From positions 36,279 through 100,278 of the forward strand of contig DBQS01000016.1 in assembly GCA_002305355.1 (NCBI GenBank): a stretch of 64,000 bases of DNA, in the 5' to 3' direction. The notes under the pieces were generated by a model. The model searched no databases, was not told the DNA's origin, and saw only the letters and a program-made list of their open reading frames with translations. Below, piece by piece: positions 47,181-57,300 of this stretch (position 1 is the first letter of the stretch; every line of letters starts with the position of its first letter). The translations under genes were made by a program, and so were the position numbers. The DNA comes from Patescibacteria group bacterium UBA1388. Its GTDB lineage: Bacteria; Patescibacteriota; Microgenomatia; UBA1400; PJMF01.

Positions 47181-47849
47181 CTAACTTGAGGTAGTCACGC
47201 TTTTGAAACTGAGTAACTTTGTTTCTTTAATCTTAGTCGATCTCACAAACAATAGACCGGCCATGAAACAATGAATCAAAAATTCTGATACAGGATATAA
47301 AGCTGTCAAAATTGAGTAATTTTCTAAAGAAACAATTATTAAGGCAAACCTCAATATGTTCATCCTAAAAAACAATTGCGTTTCCGTATGTGGCTGCGAC
47401 CAAGATTTTCTTATTGTCGGACCATATGCCAACAAATTAGTCAGTGTGATCAGGATGGCAGACACTATCGGCTGCTTTGCAACTAACCATAATATTAACG
47501 CCAAAATTGTTAATCCAAAAAATAATTTATCCATCAAGGTAGCTGTTTGATTATTCCAATTTTTTAAGCTTAAAAAAAACACTGTGACAATCAACATCGC
47601 CGCTACAAACGTTGCCGTACTTCCAAAACCCGCTCCACCTCGAACCTGGAGTGCAAAAGCAATGAGAGTAATAAAGCCAAATAGAAACCAACTGTAAATG
47701 TGAGGTTTTGTTTTCCCTTTGATAATGTCTAGAATATAGGGAAAATAGCTGACAATTGTTATAAAAACTGCCACAACACCAAGTACTGTCTTGATATTTA
47801 TCACAGATGATATTTTACACCTCGACTGAATGATTTGATACCGCTCCAC
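47181..47849 (-). CDS. Six to seven-TM membrane protein, possibly PQ-loop/SemiSWEET-like with an internal duplication.
   Basis: Two similar halves (YFPYILDIIKGKTKPH / YGPTIRKSWSQPH). Weak. Confidence 0.3.
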   Translation of the reverse strand: MERYQIIQSRCKISSVINIKTVLGVVAVFITIVSYFPYILDIIKGKTKPHIYSWFLFGFITLIAFALQVRGGAGFGSTATFVAAMLIVTVFFLSLKNWNNQTATLMDKLFFGLTILALILWLVAKQPIVSAILITLTNLLAYGPTIRKSWSQPHTETQLFFRMNILRFALIIVSLENYSILTALYPVSEFLIHCFMAGLLFVRSTKIKETKLLSFKSVTTSS

Positions 47850-48070
47850 AGATGACCTGATGGAGAAGTACTCCTAGTACGATATTGACAGTATGTGATA
47901 CTGATCTATCGCAACTTGTTGAATGAATTTGCTTTATCAATGTACTCAATAATTACTATTCCCGCCTGGATTATTATCAAGTTGAGTATGATGATTTTGC
48001 GACATAAAATACCACGCACGTTAAGTATCCACTGATTGTGCAATGTCCCAAATAGTTATATGATCACAAT

Positions 48071-48571
48071 ATGACAGATACATCAGAAACACCTTCTAAA
48101 GAAGATCAAAAAAATTCCCCAAAAGAATCATCAAGGTTTAAAAAAATCAGAGGAAATCACAAATTCCGGATTGGCTTGATCGTTTTCTTGATGGCCATCG
48201 TGGTGATCATGTTTATTTTCTGGCAAAAAGCTAGAATTGCTTTGGTCATCGTTTTCATTACTTTGCTAGCAGCCCTTGGTTTGGAAGTTTCCCAAAATGA
48301 CTGGGATTTGGGTAAGTTGTGGGAAACAGGTTCATTTCAAGAATCAAAAATTGCTCGTGATGAAGCGGGTAATGTCCTTTATGATATGTTTGGTAACATC
48401 ACCACCGATTCCAGCGTAGGCAAAAAAGCTGATGAATACAATTGTAGTGATTTTGAAACGCAACCAGCAGCGCAAGCATTCTTTGAAAAAGTGGGTGGTG
48501 TTGGCAATGATGTCAATCGATTAGACGGTGATAAAGACGGTGAAGCATGCGAATCGCTGCCAAAAAACTAA
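48071..48571 (+). CDS. Membrane-anchored protein with a C-terminal Excalibur calcium-binding domain.
   Basis: [14 protein letters not shown]...[11 protein letters not shown] matches the Excalibur signature DxDxDGxxCE. Confidence 0.55.
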   Translation: MTDTSETPSKEDQKNSPKESSRFKKIRGNHKFRIGLIVFLMAIVVIMFIFWQKARIALVIVFITLLAALGLEVSQNDWDLGKLWETGSFQESKIARDEAGNVLYDMFGNITTDSSVGKKADEYNCSDFETQPAAQAFFEKVGGVGNDVNRLDGDKDGEACESLPKN

Positions 48572-48616
48572 TTTTCAATCAACAATAATTACAGATTGCG
48601 ATGTTTTTAAATTATA

Positions 48617-49021
48617 CTAATTAATGTCGTGCTTCCAAAAAATAGCAGTCAAATTAACTCCACCGTTTGCGGCCTTAATTGCTTTTCTCAGTTCGTATTG
48701 ACTAATGCTACCATCAAGTGGCTCTTGATCTGGAATATTACCAGTATAATAACTTTCTAAAACCGGTAAAGCGCGCTCATCACCCAACTGACTGAGTCCC
48801 CAAATTGCATCATTTCTAGCCTTATATCCCCGTTCCTCGTCCTGTAATTGAGCAATTAAAGCAGTTGTACAATCTCCTTGATATTCCCATTGGGCAGTTT
48901 TGCACAAATTTTTCATGGAATAGCCAATCCAAGTTGCCCCAATCACAAACACGAGCATGATGAGACTTAGACCCACCGCTCCCAACCAGAGCAACAAATT
49001 GATTGATGTCTTAATTTTCAT
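48617..49021 (-). CDS. N-terminally anchored protein with HEAT/PBS-lyase-like repeats.
   Basis: NDAIWGLSQLGDERALPVLESYY resembles the PBS-lyase HEAT repeat. ATGA overlap with the upstream XRE gene. Confidence 0.4.
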   Translation of the reverse strand: MKIKTSINLLLWLGAVGLSLIMLVFVIGATWIGYSMKNLCKTAQWEYQGDCTTALIAQLQDEERGYKARNDAIWGLSQLGDERALPVLESYYTGNIPDQEPLDGSISQYELRKAIKAANGGVNLTAIFWKHDIN

Positions 49022-49194
49022 TGATCCCTTTCCTTACTAGTCACAAAAATGTCATCAACTTTTACATCAAAAAAATTTGCCATTTTGAAAGCCAAGCCCA
49101 AAGAAGGCAAATATTTATTGGCTTCAATGGCAATCACTGTCTGGCGAGAAACATCCAGCTTTTCAGCTAGCTGTTCCTGCGTCAGATCATACAT
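49018..49194 (-). CDS. XRE-family helix-turn-helix transcriptional regulator (small, about 58 aa).
   Basis: MYDLTQEQLAEKLDVSRQTVIAIEANKYLPSLGLAFKMANFFDVKVDDIF. Confidence 0.75.
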   Translation of the reverse strand: MYDLTQEQLAEKLDVSRQTVIAIEANKYLPSLGLAFKMANFFDVKVDDIFVTSKERDQ

Positions 49195-49213
49195 GGCGCG
49201 ATAAATTTTTAAT

Positions 49214-49639
49214 TTATTTTTGATCAGATTTTCCTCCAAATTTTTTCTGCAACCAATAATAACTAAGGGCAAATATCACAATTAACAAGAGTGTTAGGTA
49301 AGCCAGAATCATACCAATTGATTCAATGTATAAAAATTCTCCTTTGGCAAATACTGGAAAAACGTCTCCGTGAGAAGGAATTAAAAGCAGCAATGCACAG
49401 ATTGCGACAGTTGGGGCAAAGATGGCATAAGTGGTGTGAGCCGCTTTCTCTCTAATACTTTGCTCACGCTCATCAATAGCGAGCTTGGCTTGAGATTGGA
49501 CCGTCATTAAAAAAATGATTGCTGTTAGCACTCCCACAACTGCCAGCAAGTACAATTTTAACCAGAGCGCAACTACTACAATCGTAATAATAAACAAAAG
49601 GGCTGCCGCCCTAAGAAGGTGATAATTTCTTTTATTCAT
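49214..49639 (-). CDS. Small 3-4 TM membrane protein, partner of the XRE regulator.
   Basis: Hydrophobic helices. Positioned in the same operon as the XRE gene. Confidence 0.4.
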   Translation of the reverse strand: MNKRNYHLLRAAALLFIITIVVVALWLKLYLLAVVGVLTAIIFLMTVQSQAKLAIDEREQSIREKAAHTTYAIFAPTVAICALLLLIPSHGDVFPVFAKGEFLYIESIGMILAYLTLLLIVIFALSYYWLQKKFGGKSDQK

Positions 49640-49739
49640 AGCTTCATTGTAAATTATATATTACATAATGTCAAGTTTAATTTACATTAGTAGTTTAAAT
49701 CCGCAATACTTGATAGAATGATGAAAGATTAAAACTCAT

Positions 49740-50696
49740 ATGCCTAAAAAAATTCCCGTGACGATATTTACTGGCTTTCTTGGTTCAGGTAAGACCACCA
49801 TCATTCTGAATCTGATTGACTATCTGCAAAGCATTGGCCAACAAGTGGTTTACATCAAGAATGAGATTGGTACGACTGATATTGATGCAGAAATTGTGAG
49901 TGAAAAACAAATCCAGACTAAAAAGCTTCTCAATGGATGCGTTTATCACACTTTGGTTGGTCCGATTACCAATGCTGTGAATGATTTGATCGAGAAATTC
50001 AACCCTGACCGCATAATTATTGAGACCGCAGGTACAGATGAAACCTCCAATCCGATTGTTTTGGGAATTAATATCAGCAGCCATCCCAGGTTGGTCAGAG
50101 ATGGAATCATTACTGTGATTGATGTGGTTAACTTTAATAACTATAAGTACCTGGATGATTATAACCGCGATCAATCAAATTTTATTGATTTAATTGTGTT
50201 TAATAAAGTTGAGTTGGTTGACGAAGATCGAAAAAGGGCAGTTGTTGCATATGTGAGGGAGTTTAACGAACGTTCACCCATTGTAGAAGCACCAGAAGGA
50301 AAACTTAATCCTCATCTTGCATTTGGCATGAATCTTCCAACGGAGGACGATCAAACTCAAGATAAAAACAAAGTAAATCATTTTAAAAAAGATCATATCA
50401 ACACCTTTACTTATACATCCCATCATACTTTTGATGAGAAAAAACTAGAAAATGCATTTCGAAATTTTCCCAAAAATGTAATTCGTTACAAAGGTTATAT
50501 TAAAACCACCCAGGGCATGAAAATAATCAATGGTGTTTATAATAGATTCGATTGGCTGGCGCCGTCCGATCAAACTGAGGTGAACACGACACGACTTGTT
50601 ATTATCGGATATGAAGTTAAAGACAGTCGACTAGATATGATCAATCAATTGGATAGCTGTGCTGTGACAATGCAAGATGAAAGGCAACTGAAATGA
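49740..50696 (+). CDS. CobW/COG0523-family G3E P-loop GTPase (putative metallochaperone).
   Basis: VTIFTGFLGSGKTTIILNLI Walker A at the N-terminus. CobW_N then CobW_C layout. Confidence 0.8.
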   Translation: MPKKIPVTIFTGFLGSGKTTIILNLIDYLQSIGQQVVYIKNEIGTTDIDAEIVSEKQIQTKKLLNGCVYHTLVGPITNAVNDLIEKFNPDRIIIETAGTDETSNPIVLGINISSHPRLVRDGIITVIDVVNFNNYKYLDDYNRDQSNFIDLIVFNKVELVDEDRKRAVVAYVREFNERSPIVEAPEGKLNPHLAFGMNLPTEDDQTQDKNKVNHFKKDHINTFTYTSHHTFDEKKLENAFRNFPKNVIRYKGYIKTTQGMKIINGVYNRFDWLAPSDQTEVNTTRLVIIGYEVKDSRLDMINQLDSCAVTMQDERQLK

Positions 50697-50830
50697 AGTG
50701 GAATCATTAAAAATTTTGTCTAGCCGATTATTTATTTCAGTTGTACCTGAAATTTTAGCTAAGCATGTGAAGTCTGAAAGATCAGGGTTTTCTTGTTATT
50801 TTAAAATTACAAATTATTTGCAAAATAAAT

Positions 50831-51052
50831 ATGGAGATCATTGCTTTAGTCCATCCCCGTTCAAAAAAAGAAAAAGTGGAAAGCCTGGGTAATAATCACT
50901 TTAAAGTCTATGTCACTGCCCCACCTACTGATGGGAAAGCCAACCAGGCAGTGTTGGTTATTTTAGCAAAATATTTAAATATCAAGAAAAGCCAAATTGC
51001 ATTGGTGCGAGGCGAGAAATCCAAGCGAAAAGTTTTTGAGGTTCAACCCTGA
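50831..51052 (+). CDS. YggU/DUF167 (UPF0235) family small protein.
   Basis: VHPRSKKEKVESLGNNHFKVYVTAPPTDGKANQAVLVILAKYLNIKKSQIALVRGEKSKRK. Confidence 0.6.
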   Translation: MEIIALVHPRSKKEKVESLGNNHFKVYVTAPPTDGKANQAVLVILAKYLNIKKSQIALVRGEKSKRKVFEVQP

Positions 51053-51185
51053 TAATTTTGATTGTGAGTGGTCAATAAAAATTTTGAAGGTGACTTAAAA
51101 ATACTACAAACATATTGCTTAACCAATAGTCAGCAAATGACTCGCAAATATCCATTTCTTGTTTCAGCTGGCTTGAACAAGAAAT

Positions 51186-53660
51186 CTAGATCAAGAGTGT
51201 CCCTCCTGCACCAACTTCAGTACGCAACAACGCATCCGCGACTTTATCAATTACGATTTGATTAATCGCTCTTTCCAGATGCCTCGCGCCAAATTCCTTG
51301 CTATAACCAGCTTGATACACTTGCTGAAATGTCTGATCACTAATCTGTAAAGTGATACCTTTTTCCTGTAACATTTTCTGGGAAAATATTCGGAGTTTAC
51401 GTTTGGCAATTTCTACAACATCTTCATATGAAAGTGGATGATACAACACAACACCATCAAAACGATTGACAAATTCTGGTCGTAAAATATCTTGCTGCAC
51501 CAAATAAGCAATCATCTCCTCAACTGATATCTCATTAGATAAATTTTGATACAGATAGTCACTCCCTGCATTAGAAGTCGCCACTACTACTGTGTGCTTG
51601 AAAGAAATATTTTCTCCTTTGCCATTGGTTAAATACCCTTCATCAAAAATTGTCATCAGTGCTAATTGGACTGAACGATGAGCTTTTTCAATTTCATCAA
51701 GCAACACTACTGAGTAAGGCTGTTTGTGGACTGCTTCTGTCAAAGCGCCTGCTGTGGGGTTGGTAGTTGAGCCAATCAAAGCTTCCAAACTCGCCTCTGT
51801 CACAAACTGCGCGCAATCAATTCTCACCAAGTGGTTGAGGTTGCCAAAAAATACTTTCGCCAGGGTTTTAGCAGTCTCCGTTTTACCCACACCAGTTGCC
51901 CCTAAAAAAAGAAAGGCGCCCATCGTCTTTTCTCTACCAGATAATTCCAAATTTGCCCTTTTGAGTGCACTGGATAATTGTTGAATGGCGTGCTTCTGAC
52001 CAACAATGGTTGCCGCTAAAGTTTCTTCTAACCTCGATAATTTGTCCTTTTGCTCGACCGTCAGCTCACCAATCATGCTATTGGTCTGTTTGGAAAAGAG
52101 AGCGTGCACATCTGCCTCGGTTACCACTTGATTTTGACTATACTTGGCAACCAACTCTAAAGCTCTCACCGAACTAGACGGTTGAGGTAAATTTGGATAT
52201 ACATAACTGGCATATTTTTCAATTTCTTTGATAGCAAAGAAAGTGAAGTATTTTTGCTTTGATTCAAATGAGGTAAGTAGATTGAGCAGCAGTTTGATTG
52301 TCTCTTCTCTACTCGAAGGCAACAGATCAATCGTATGCACCGAGGACAAAAATAAATTATCTTGTCTAATAACGTCCTTAAAATTGGTTTGGGTAGCTGT
52401 CATTAAAATCTTGACTTTATAGCGACCACTGACGCTACTTAAAACTGTGCTCAGGTTAGTTCCTTTTTGAGTGTTTTGTAAATAACGATCAACGTTGGCG
52501 ATCACCAAAATAATATTACCAGCGTGATGAGCTTCCGCTAAAACTTTTTCAAAAATGAAGTTTTTTGATTCTGCACTTTCAGAAGCCGATAAAGCCGCAT
52601 CTACATCCAACAACATCACCCGGTGGTCAGCTAGTTCAGGTGTAGTTTTCCCATCATAAATTCTTTTTGCTAAGAATTGCACCAGAGTCATCTTACCTGT
52701 GCCAGGAGCACCGCTCACCAGCACACTACTCACTGATGAACGTGAAAAAATTTGTTCAACCTGAGTGGTGACCTCTTGATGGATATCAAATTGCAACTGA
52801 TCAATACCCATGCTGGCTACATCGGTTGCGTACCGATCAATGGTTGGTGTATAACCAAATGCCCAATCTTTCCCGATCGATCTGGACTCACTCAATTTAC
52901 GAACCGTCCAAAATTGTTTGTCGTGATATTTTTTGATTTCATCTTCAATCACCCAGTTGCAAAGAAGCTGACAATCATGAATTGATAAACGGTGAGTGAT
53001 CAATAATTGCGAGTGCTCTTCTCGTGCTAACTCCTTAAATAAGATAGCAACCAACAACGATGATTTAGTATAAAACTGTTTGACTTGGGCATCATCCATA
53101 GGCTGCAACAAAGTAGTTGCACCGTTGCCCAACAATGTAAAAATTTTTTCTCGATCAGCAGTCTCAAATCTCAATCTCAAAAAGATTTCTCTGACTCGCG
53201 CATCATTTTGCATCGCGCTCACTAATAATCTTGGAGAACGTTGATATGATTTGTAAAGTTTGGGCAAGTGCGGGTGAGTTGCCGAAAACAAATAATAGTA
53301 CAAAGGAAAGTACACAAAGGTAATCGCCCAGACCGTGACTAACCCTAACCACACCACAATGAACATTGCCATCATCATGAGTCCCCAAAAAATGGTCGCC
53401 GACCGGATAATTGCGCCCATCATCGCGCTAACTGCATTATAAGAAAAGACGTCAAACATATCCTCAAAATCTAGTCCTTTTCTGGTACGCACCCGCATCA
53501 AGCGTTTCCAGGGAGCAAACAAGGTTTTGGCATGACGTGTAATGCCATACAGGTTCCAAAAATAGTAAAGATAATTGCGGAGAATTAACCACAGAAACGC
53601 AAGACCATCAACCAAGTACCACTGGAACGCCCGGGAAATAAACGGCATATCATTCATCAT
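51186..53660 (-). CDS. Hsp100/Clp-family double AAA+ ATPase with an N-terminal membrane anchor and a degenerate D1 Walker B.
   Basis: N-terminal TM helices (residues about 60-120). D1 Walker A SGAPGTGKMT, but the Walker B position reads IILVIANVDRY with no DE. D2 Walker A LGATGVGKTE, Walker B VVLLDEIEKAH, sensor VVATSNAGS. No ClpN domain and no IGF/IGL ClpP loop seen. Confidence 0.7.
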   Translation of the reverse strand: MMNDMPFISRAFQWYLVDGLAFLWLILRNYLYYFWNLYGITRHAKTLFAPWKRLMRVRTRKGLDFEDMFDVFSYNAVSAMMGAIIRSATIFWGLMMMAMFIVVWLGLVTVWAITFVYFPLYYYLFSATHPHLPKLYKSYQRSPRLLVSAMQNDARVREIFLRLRFETADREKIFTLLGNGATTLLQPMDDAQVKQFYTKSSLLVAILFKELAREEHSQLLITHRLSIHDCQLLCNWVIEDEIKKYHDKQFWTVRKLSESRSIGKDWAFGYTPTIDRYATDVASMGIDQLQFDIHQEVTTQVEQIFSRSSVSSVLVSGAPGTGKMTLVQFLAKRIYDGKTTPELADHRVMLLDVDAALSASESAESKNFIFEKVLAEAHHAGNIILVIANVDRYLQNTQKGTNLSTVLSSVSGRYKVKILMTATQTNFKDVIRQDNLFLSSVHTIDLLPSSREETIKLLLNLLTSFESKQKYFTFFAIKEIEKYASYVYPNLPQPSSSVRALELVAKYSQNQVVTEADVHALFSKQTNSMIGELTVEQKDKLSRLEETLAATIVGQKHAIQQLSSALKRANLELSGREKTMGAFLFLGATGVGKTETAKTLAKVFFGNLNHLVRIDCAQFVTEASLEALIGSTTNPTAGALTEAVHKQPYSVVLLDEIEKAHRSVQLALMTIFDEGYLTNGKGENISFKHTVVVATSNAGSDYLYQNLSNEISVEEMIAYLVQQDILRPEFVNRFDGVVLYHPLSYEDVVEIAKRKLRIFSQKMLQEKGITLQISDQTFQQVYQAGYSKEFGARHLERAINQIVIDKVADALLRTEVGAGGTLLI

Positions 53661-53724
53661 AGCAGATAGGGAACTAGAAATAATCTTCTAAAATTAATCT
53701 CTCAGAGTCCAGTTGCTGTCCAGT

Positions 53725-54210
53725 CTATTGAGGATCAGCTAAATTTTCAAGCAGTGTACTTTTTGGCTGCCCAAGCCGCCGATAAGTCAGGTCGATAGCA
53801 AACTTTCCCGCCAACATCGCCATAATTATGAGTACTAAACCAATAAAACCACTTATTTCTACGTCTTTACCAAAAATAAAGTCCAACACAGCCAGGAAAA
53901 CAAACTTAGAAAAAAACATCACTAGCCAAACGCTCAACACTAGCCACACTTTAGCCGCTTTACCATTTTTACTTTTGAAGTATTTAGCAATTTTTTTCTT
54001 CAACTCTAGGGTTAAGTAAGTCAAGATCTGCATCACCACCGCAACCATAAACGTGGTAGAGTAAGAAGTTGTGTTTAAAATGTCAGTGTAGTCATTAAAA
54101 AATCCCAATACTACTGCATAAACTAGTACTCCTAGCACCATTTGCAGAAATAAATCCTGCTTAGGAGTAGTAACAGATTTTAGAGTGGAAGCAGACTTGG
54201 GTTTGGTCAT
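53725..54210 (-). CDS. Small four-TM membrane protein.
   Basis: Hydrophobicity. Sits between the giant HD protein and the Clp-like gene. Confidence 0.4.
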   Translation of the reverse strand: MTKPKSASTLKSVTTPKQDLFLQMVLGVLVYAVVLGFFNDYTDILNTTSYSTTFMVAVVMQILTYLTLELKKKIAKYFKSKNGKAAKVWLVLSVWLVMFFSKFVFLAVLDFIFGKDVEISGFIGLVLIIMAMLAGKFAIDLTYRRLGQPKSTLLENLADPQ

Positions 54211-54302
54211 AATGAGTGATTATATAGCAAAACTGAAAATTTGGCTGATTTTGTTATCATTGAATCACAATTGTTCAGGCGAGTAGGAGATCTAATTAAT
54301 CA

Positions 54303-57300
54303 TTAAATGCGCTCTATAGCTTCGACCAACTTATCAAATTTTGGCTGGTATTTTTCACTGAAAGTCACCGGCGGCTTTCCTTGTGAGTTGCCAAATTGAA
54401 AAATATAACCCAAATTGTTTTTGTCTTTTCGTCCAGACGCATCGGCGGTATAACTGCCAGCATCACTGCTGTAATAAATCCTAATGAGTTCTAACACTTC
54501 TCTGGGTTGTGTTCGAAGTGTTTTAGCCAAACTTTTAATTTTTCGAACAGCTTTTTCTAGAGAGCCCTCAATTGTGGCAGTCACAAAATACTCACCCAAG
54601 ATATCCTGATCCACTACCGCCATTAATTTTTCCGATTCTTTAGGAGATAAACCGCAGGCCGGAAGAGCAAATTGTAGAATTTTTTTTGAGTACTCGTGTT
54701 GTTCAAATTTTTTGCCATCTTTTGCAGCCAATGATTTACCAATGTCATGGAGTGCCAATAAAATTCGGAAGTTGTCTTTGGTAATTGCACTCAAGTCATA
54801 GTCATTCGCAAAGTACTTTTCAAATTGTGCCATAACCATTAGGGTGTGCTCACGCAATGTGTATTTTTCGCTCACTCCAGAATCAAGCGTATATAGTGCC
54901 TTCATATACGGACAACTTTCAAATGCCTGAATTAATTGGTCTGGCGAAAATTGGCTTACGGTCAAGCAACTGTTAATTAGCTGAGAATCTATTTGGTTGC
55001 TTTGATAATCTTCAATGAAAAATTGCACTCTGCCATTTATGTCACAAACTGGAATATAAAAACCATTGTTGGCAATTTGAAAATAAAGTTGCTGTAGCTG
55101 CAAATCAGTCAAGTTGCCGTTGATCACAATCGCATCGATCTCTGTCGCGGCAATACCTGTCCGCACTCCATAGTGTCTCTGACCCAATAAACGTGACGGA
55201 ATTAATTCGTATCTATCTTTTCTTTTTCTTCTAAAATCTCCTTCTGGTTTAGTGTTATTTTTAAAGGAGAGATAAAACTGTTCCCTATCCCTAATTACAA
55301 AAGATACTCCACCATAATGATTATCTATAATACCCTGCAGATCTACTTCATGCTCATCTCCTTGTAAGTCTGAAGGTAAAATTCTAAAAAAATCTGCGTC
55401 ATAGGGGGTTCTATCTGAGTTAGCGGTATCACCCTCGGAACCAAGAAACTCCCTTGACTTAAAGCCGGTTTGTAATATGGAGTGACAATTATCAATATTG
55501 ACGGCTTTGATCAGATCACCAGCTGCAAAATTTAGTGTCCGATGACGATCGTCTCTGTTTTCAAATTGACTTTCAGCACTTGATCCTTGCTTACTCAACA
55601 GCTGCAAGGAACTAAGATTCCTTTCATGAGCTAATAATTTAACCTCATTCATCCTACTCAGAATCTCCTCAATCGTGCCATATCCGGCAGTAGAAAAGTA
55701 TTTTTCAACCAGATAATCTACTATGTTTGCGTCAGCAGATCCCACTAATTCTATTAATTGACGATATTGATCACTCAAAGGTAAATTTTTTTGAGGTACA
55801 TTATTTTTGGGATTCTTAATATCGTGGGATAGAATTGCTTTGATTTGTTGAAAGAAACTGTCTAATATAGTCGCCTCTTCCTCACTTACACCTTGAAATT
55901 CCGATGCACGAGCGCGATCTAATATGGCTTGATTTTCTCGCATCTCGGTTAGAAAAGACATTAGACTTTGATCCGCTGAATCAATGGCAATGTGTAGTAA
56001 ATCTCTCCAAAAAACCATTTTCACCACGTCAACATTGGATAGACTTTGCTCAGTTACAGTTCCCGATTCAATTAACTGATCAACATTTTCCGCGAGCATT
56101 CTTAAAAATGGGCTTAAATTTGCCTCACTCCCCCTACTCTTCAACTCTTTCCAAAATCTTGTCTCTCTGAAAATTGTGCCAGTCTGGAAATACAATCTCT
56201 CAAACACTAAATATTGCCTCACAAAAAGTGGTACATTATTGGCAATAAATATTTCTCCAATCTCTTTTGCAGCTTGCTTGGCTTGTTCTAAGGACAGCGG
56301 CAATAATTGTGGCAGCAATTCTTTGGAAAATATCTCAAGGTCTGGAATGCCTAATGATGAGATGTAATCATCAATATCCATGGCTTTCATGATATCGTCT
56401 ACACTCTTTAGACCAATACTGCTTAAGGTTAAATAAAGTCCTATTGATCTATTCTTTGATTTGTTAACAAATCTTTCATCAGCTTTGTATATTTTTAGCA
56501 TTTCTATAATCTGAGCAGCATTATTGCCGTCAAATAATTTAACCAATGCCAGTTGGATATAAGCATTAAATTCAAGAAAGTCGCGACTAGTCATCGTGTC
56601 TCTAAGAAAATCAACACACGCAAATGGATCTAGATCATCACACATATGTTCAATCGCGAACTTGACCCTATTAGTGAGTTCTCTATAAGCTGACGAGTTG
56701 ATCAGATTGCACGCAGTTTGTGCAGTTTTGATATCTACACCACGATTTATCAAACTATAAAGTGGTAGTGAATCCTTAAAAAATGATGAATTTCTCAAAA
56801 TAGAATTAATCTGTTTGGCGATAATTACATATTCACCGATTTGACCTGCTTTTTTATCCGGAATGATTGAATTTATCAAGCCTTTCTGGATAATCGTTTC
56901 AAAAGATGCAAATTCCTGGGCGTGTGACAATAGTGCGTCACAGATCTCCTTATTACTTAACAACCCTAAATATTTTTTGTATTCTTCCATGTTAAGCTGA
57001 TCACCCTTAGCAAATAAACTTGGATCAAGAAAATACTGTTCGAAATAATGCTCATCGTTTTCATCCCTGATCAACTCGACATAGAGTGAGAGAATCTCAT
57101 TCAGCTCATCTATTTGAACATGATAAAGAGTAATCAACTTAATCAACGCATCTACACCAAGATAGGAAAGATATTTAAAAGCCTTGTGTTCATAGATTTT
57201 ATCTTCAAACAAAAAGTGGATTAATAAATCCACCTCTTCTTGATAAGGTTTGCTTGTAAAGTAATCCACCAAAAATCTCCGAACATTGGTGCTCAAGCTA

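Noticed and set aside
51150-51180. Inverted repeat TTCTTGTT-N12-AACAAGAA just downstream of the Clp-like gene stop.
   Set aside because: Eight-bp AT-rich stem with a 12-nt loop and no following T-tract on the relevant strand. Too weak to call as a terminator.
50698-51265. ORFs 50698-50892 and 51068-51265 flanking the YggU-like gene.
   Set aside because: One overlaps the YggU start and the other runs antisense to the Clp-like gene 3' end. Neither has a ribosome-binding site or recognisable features.
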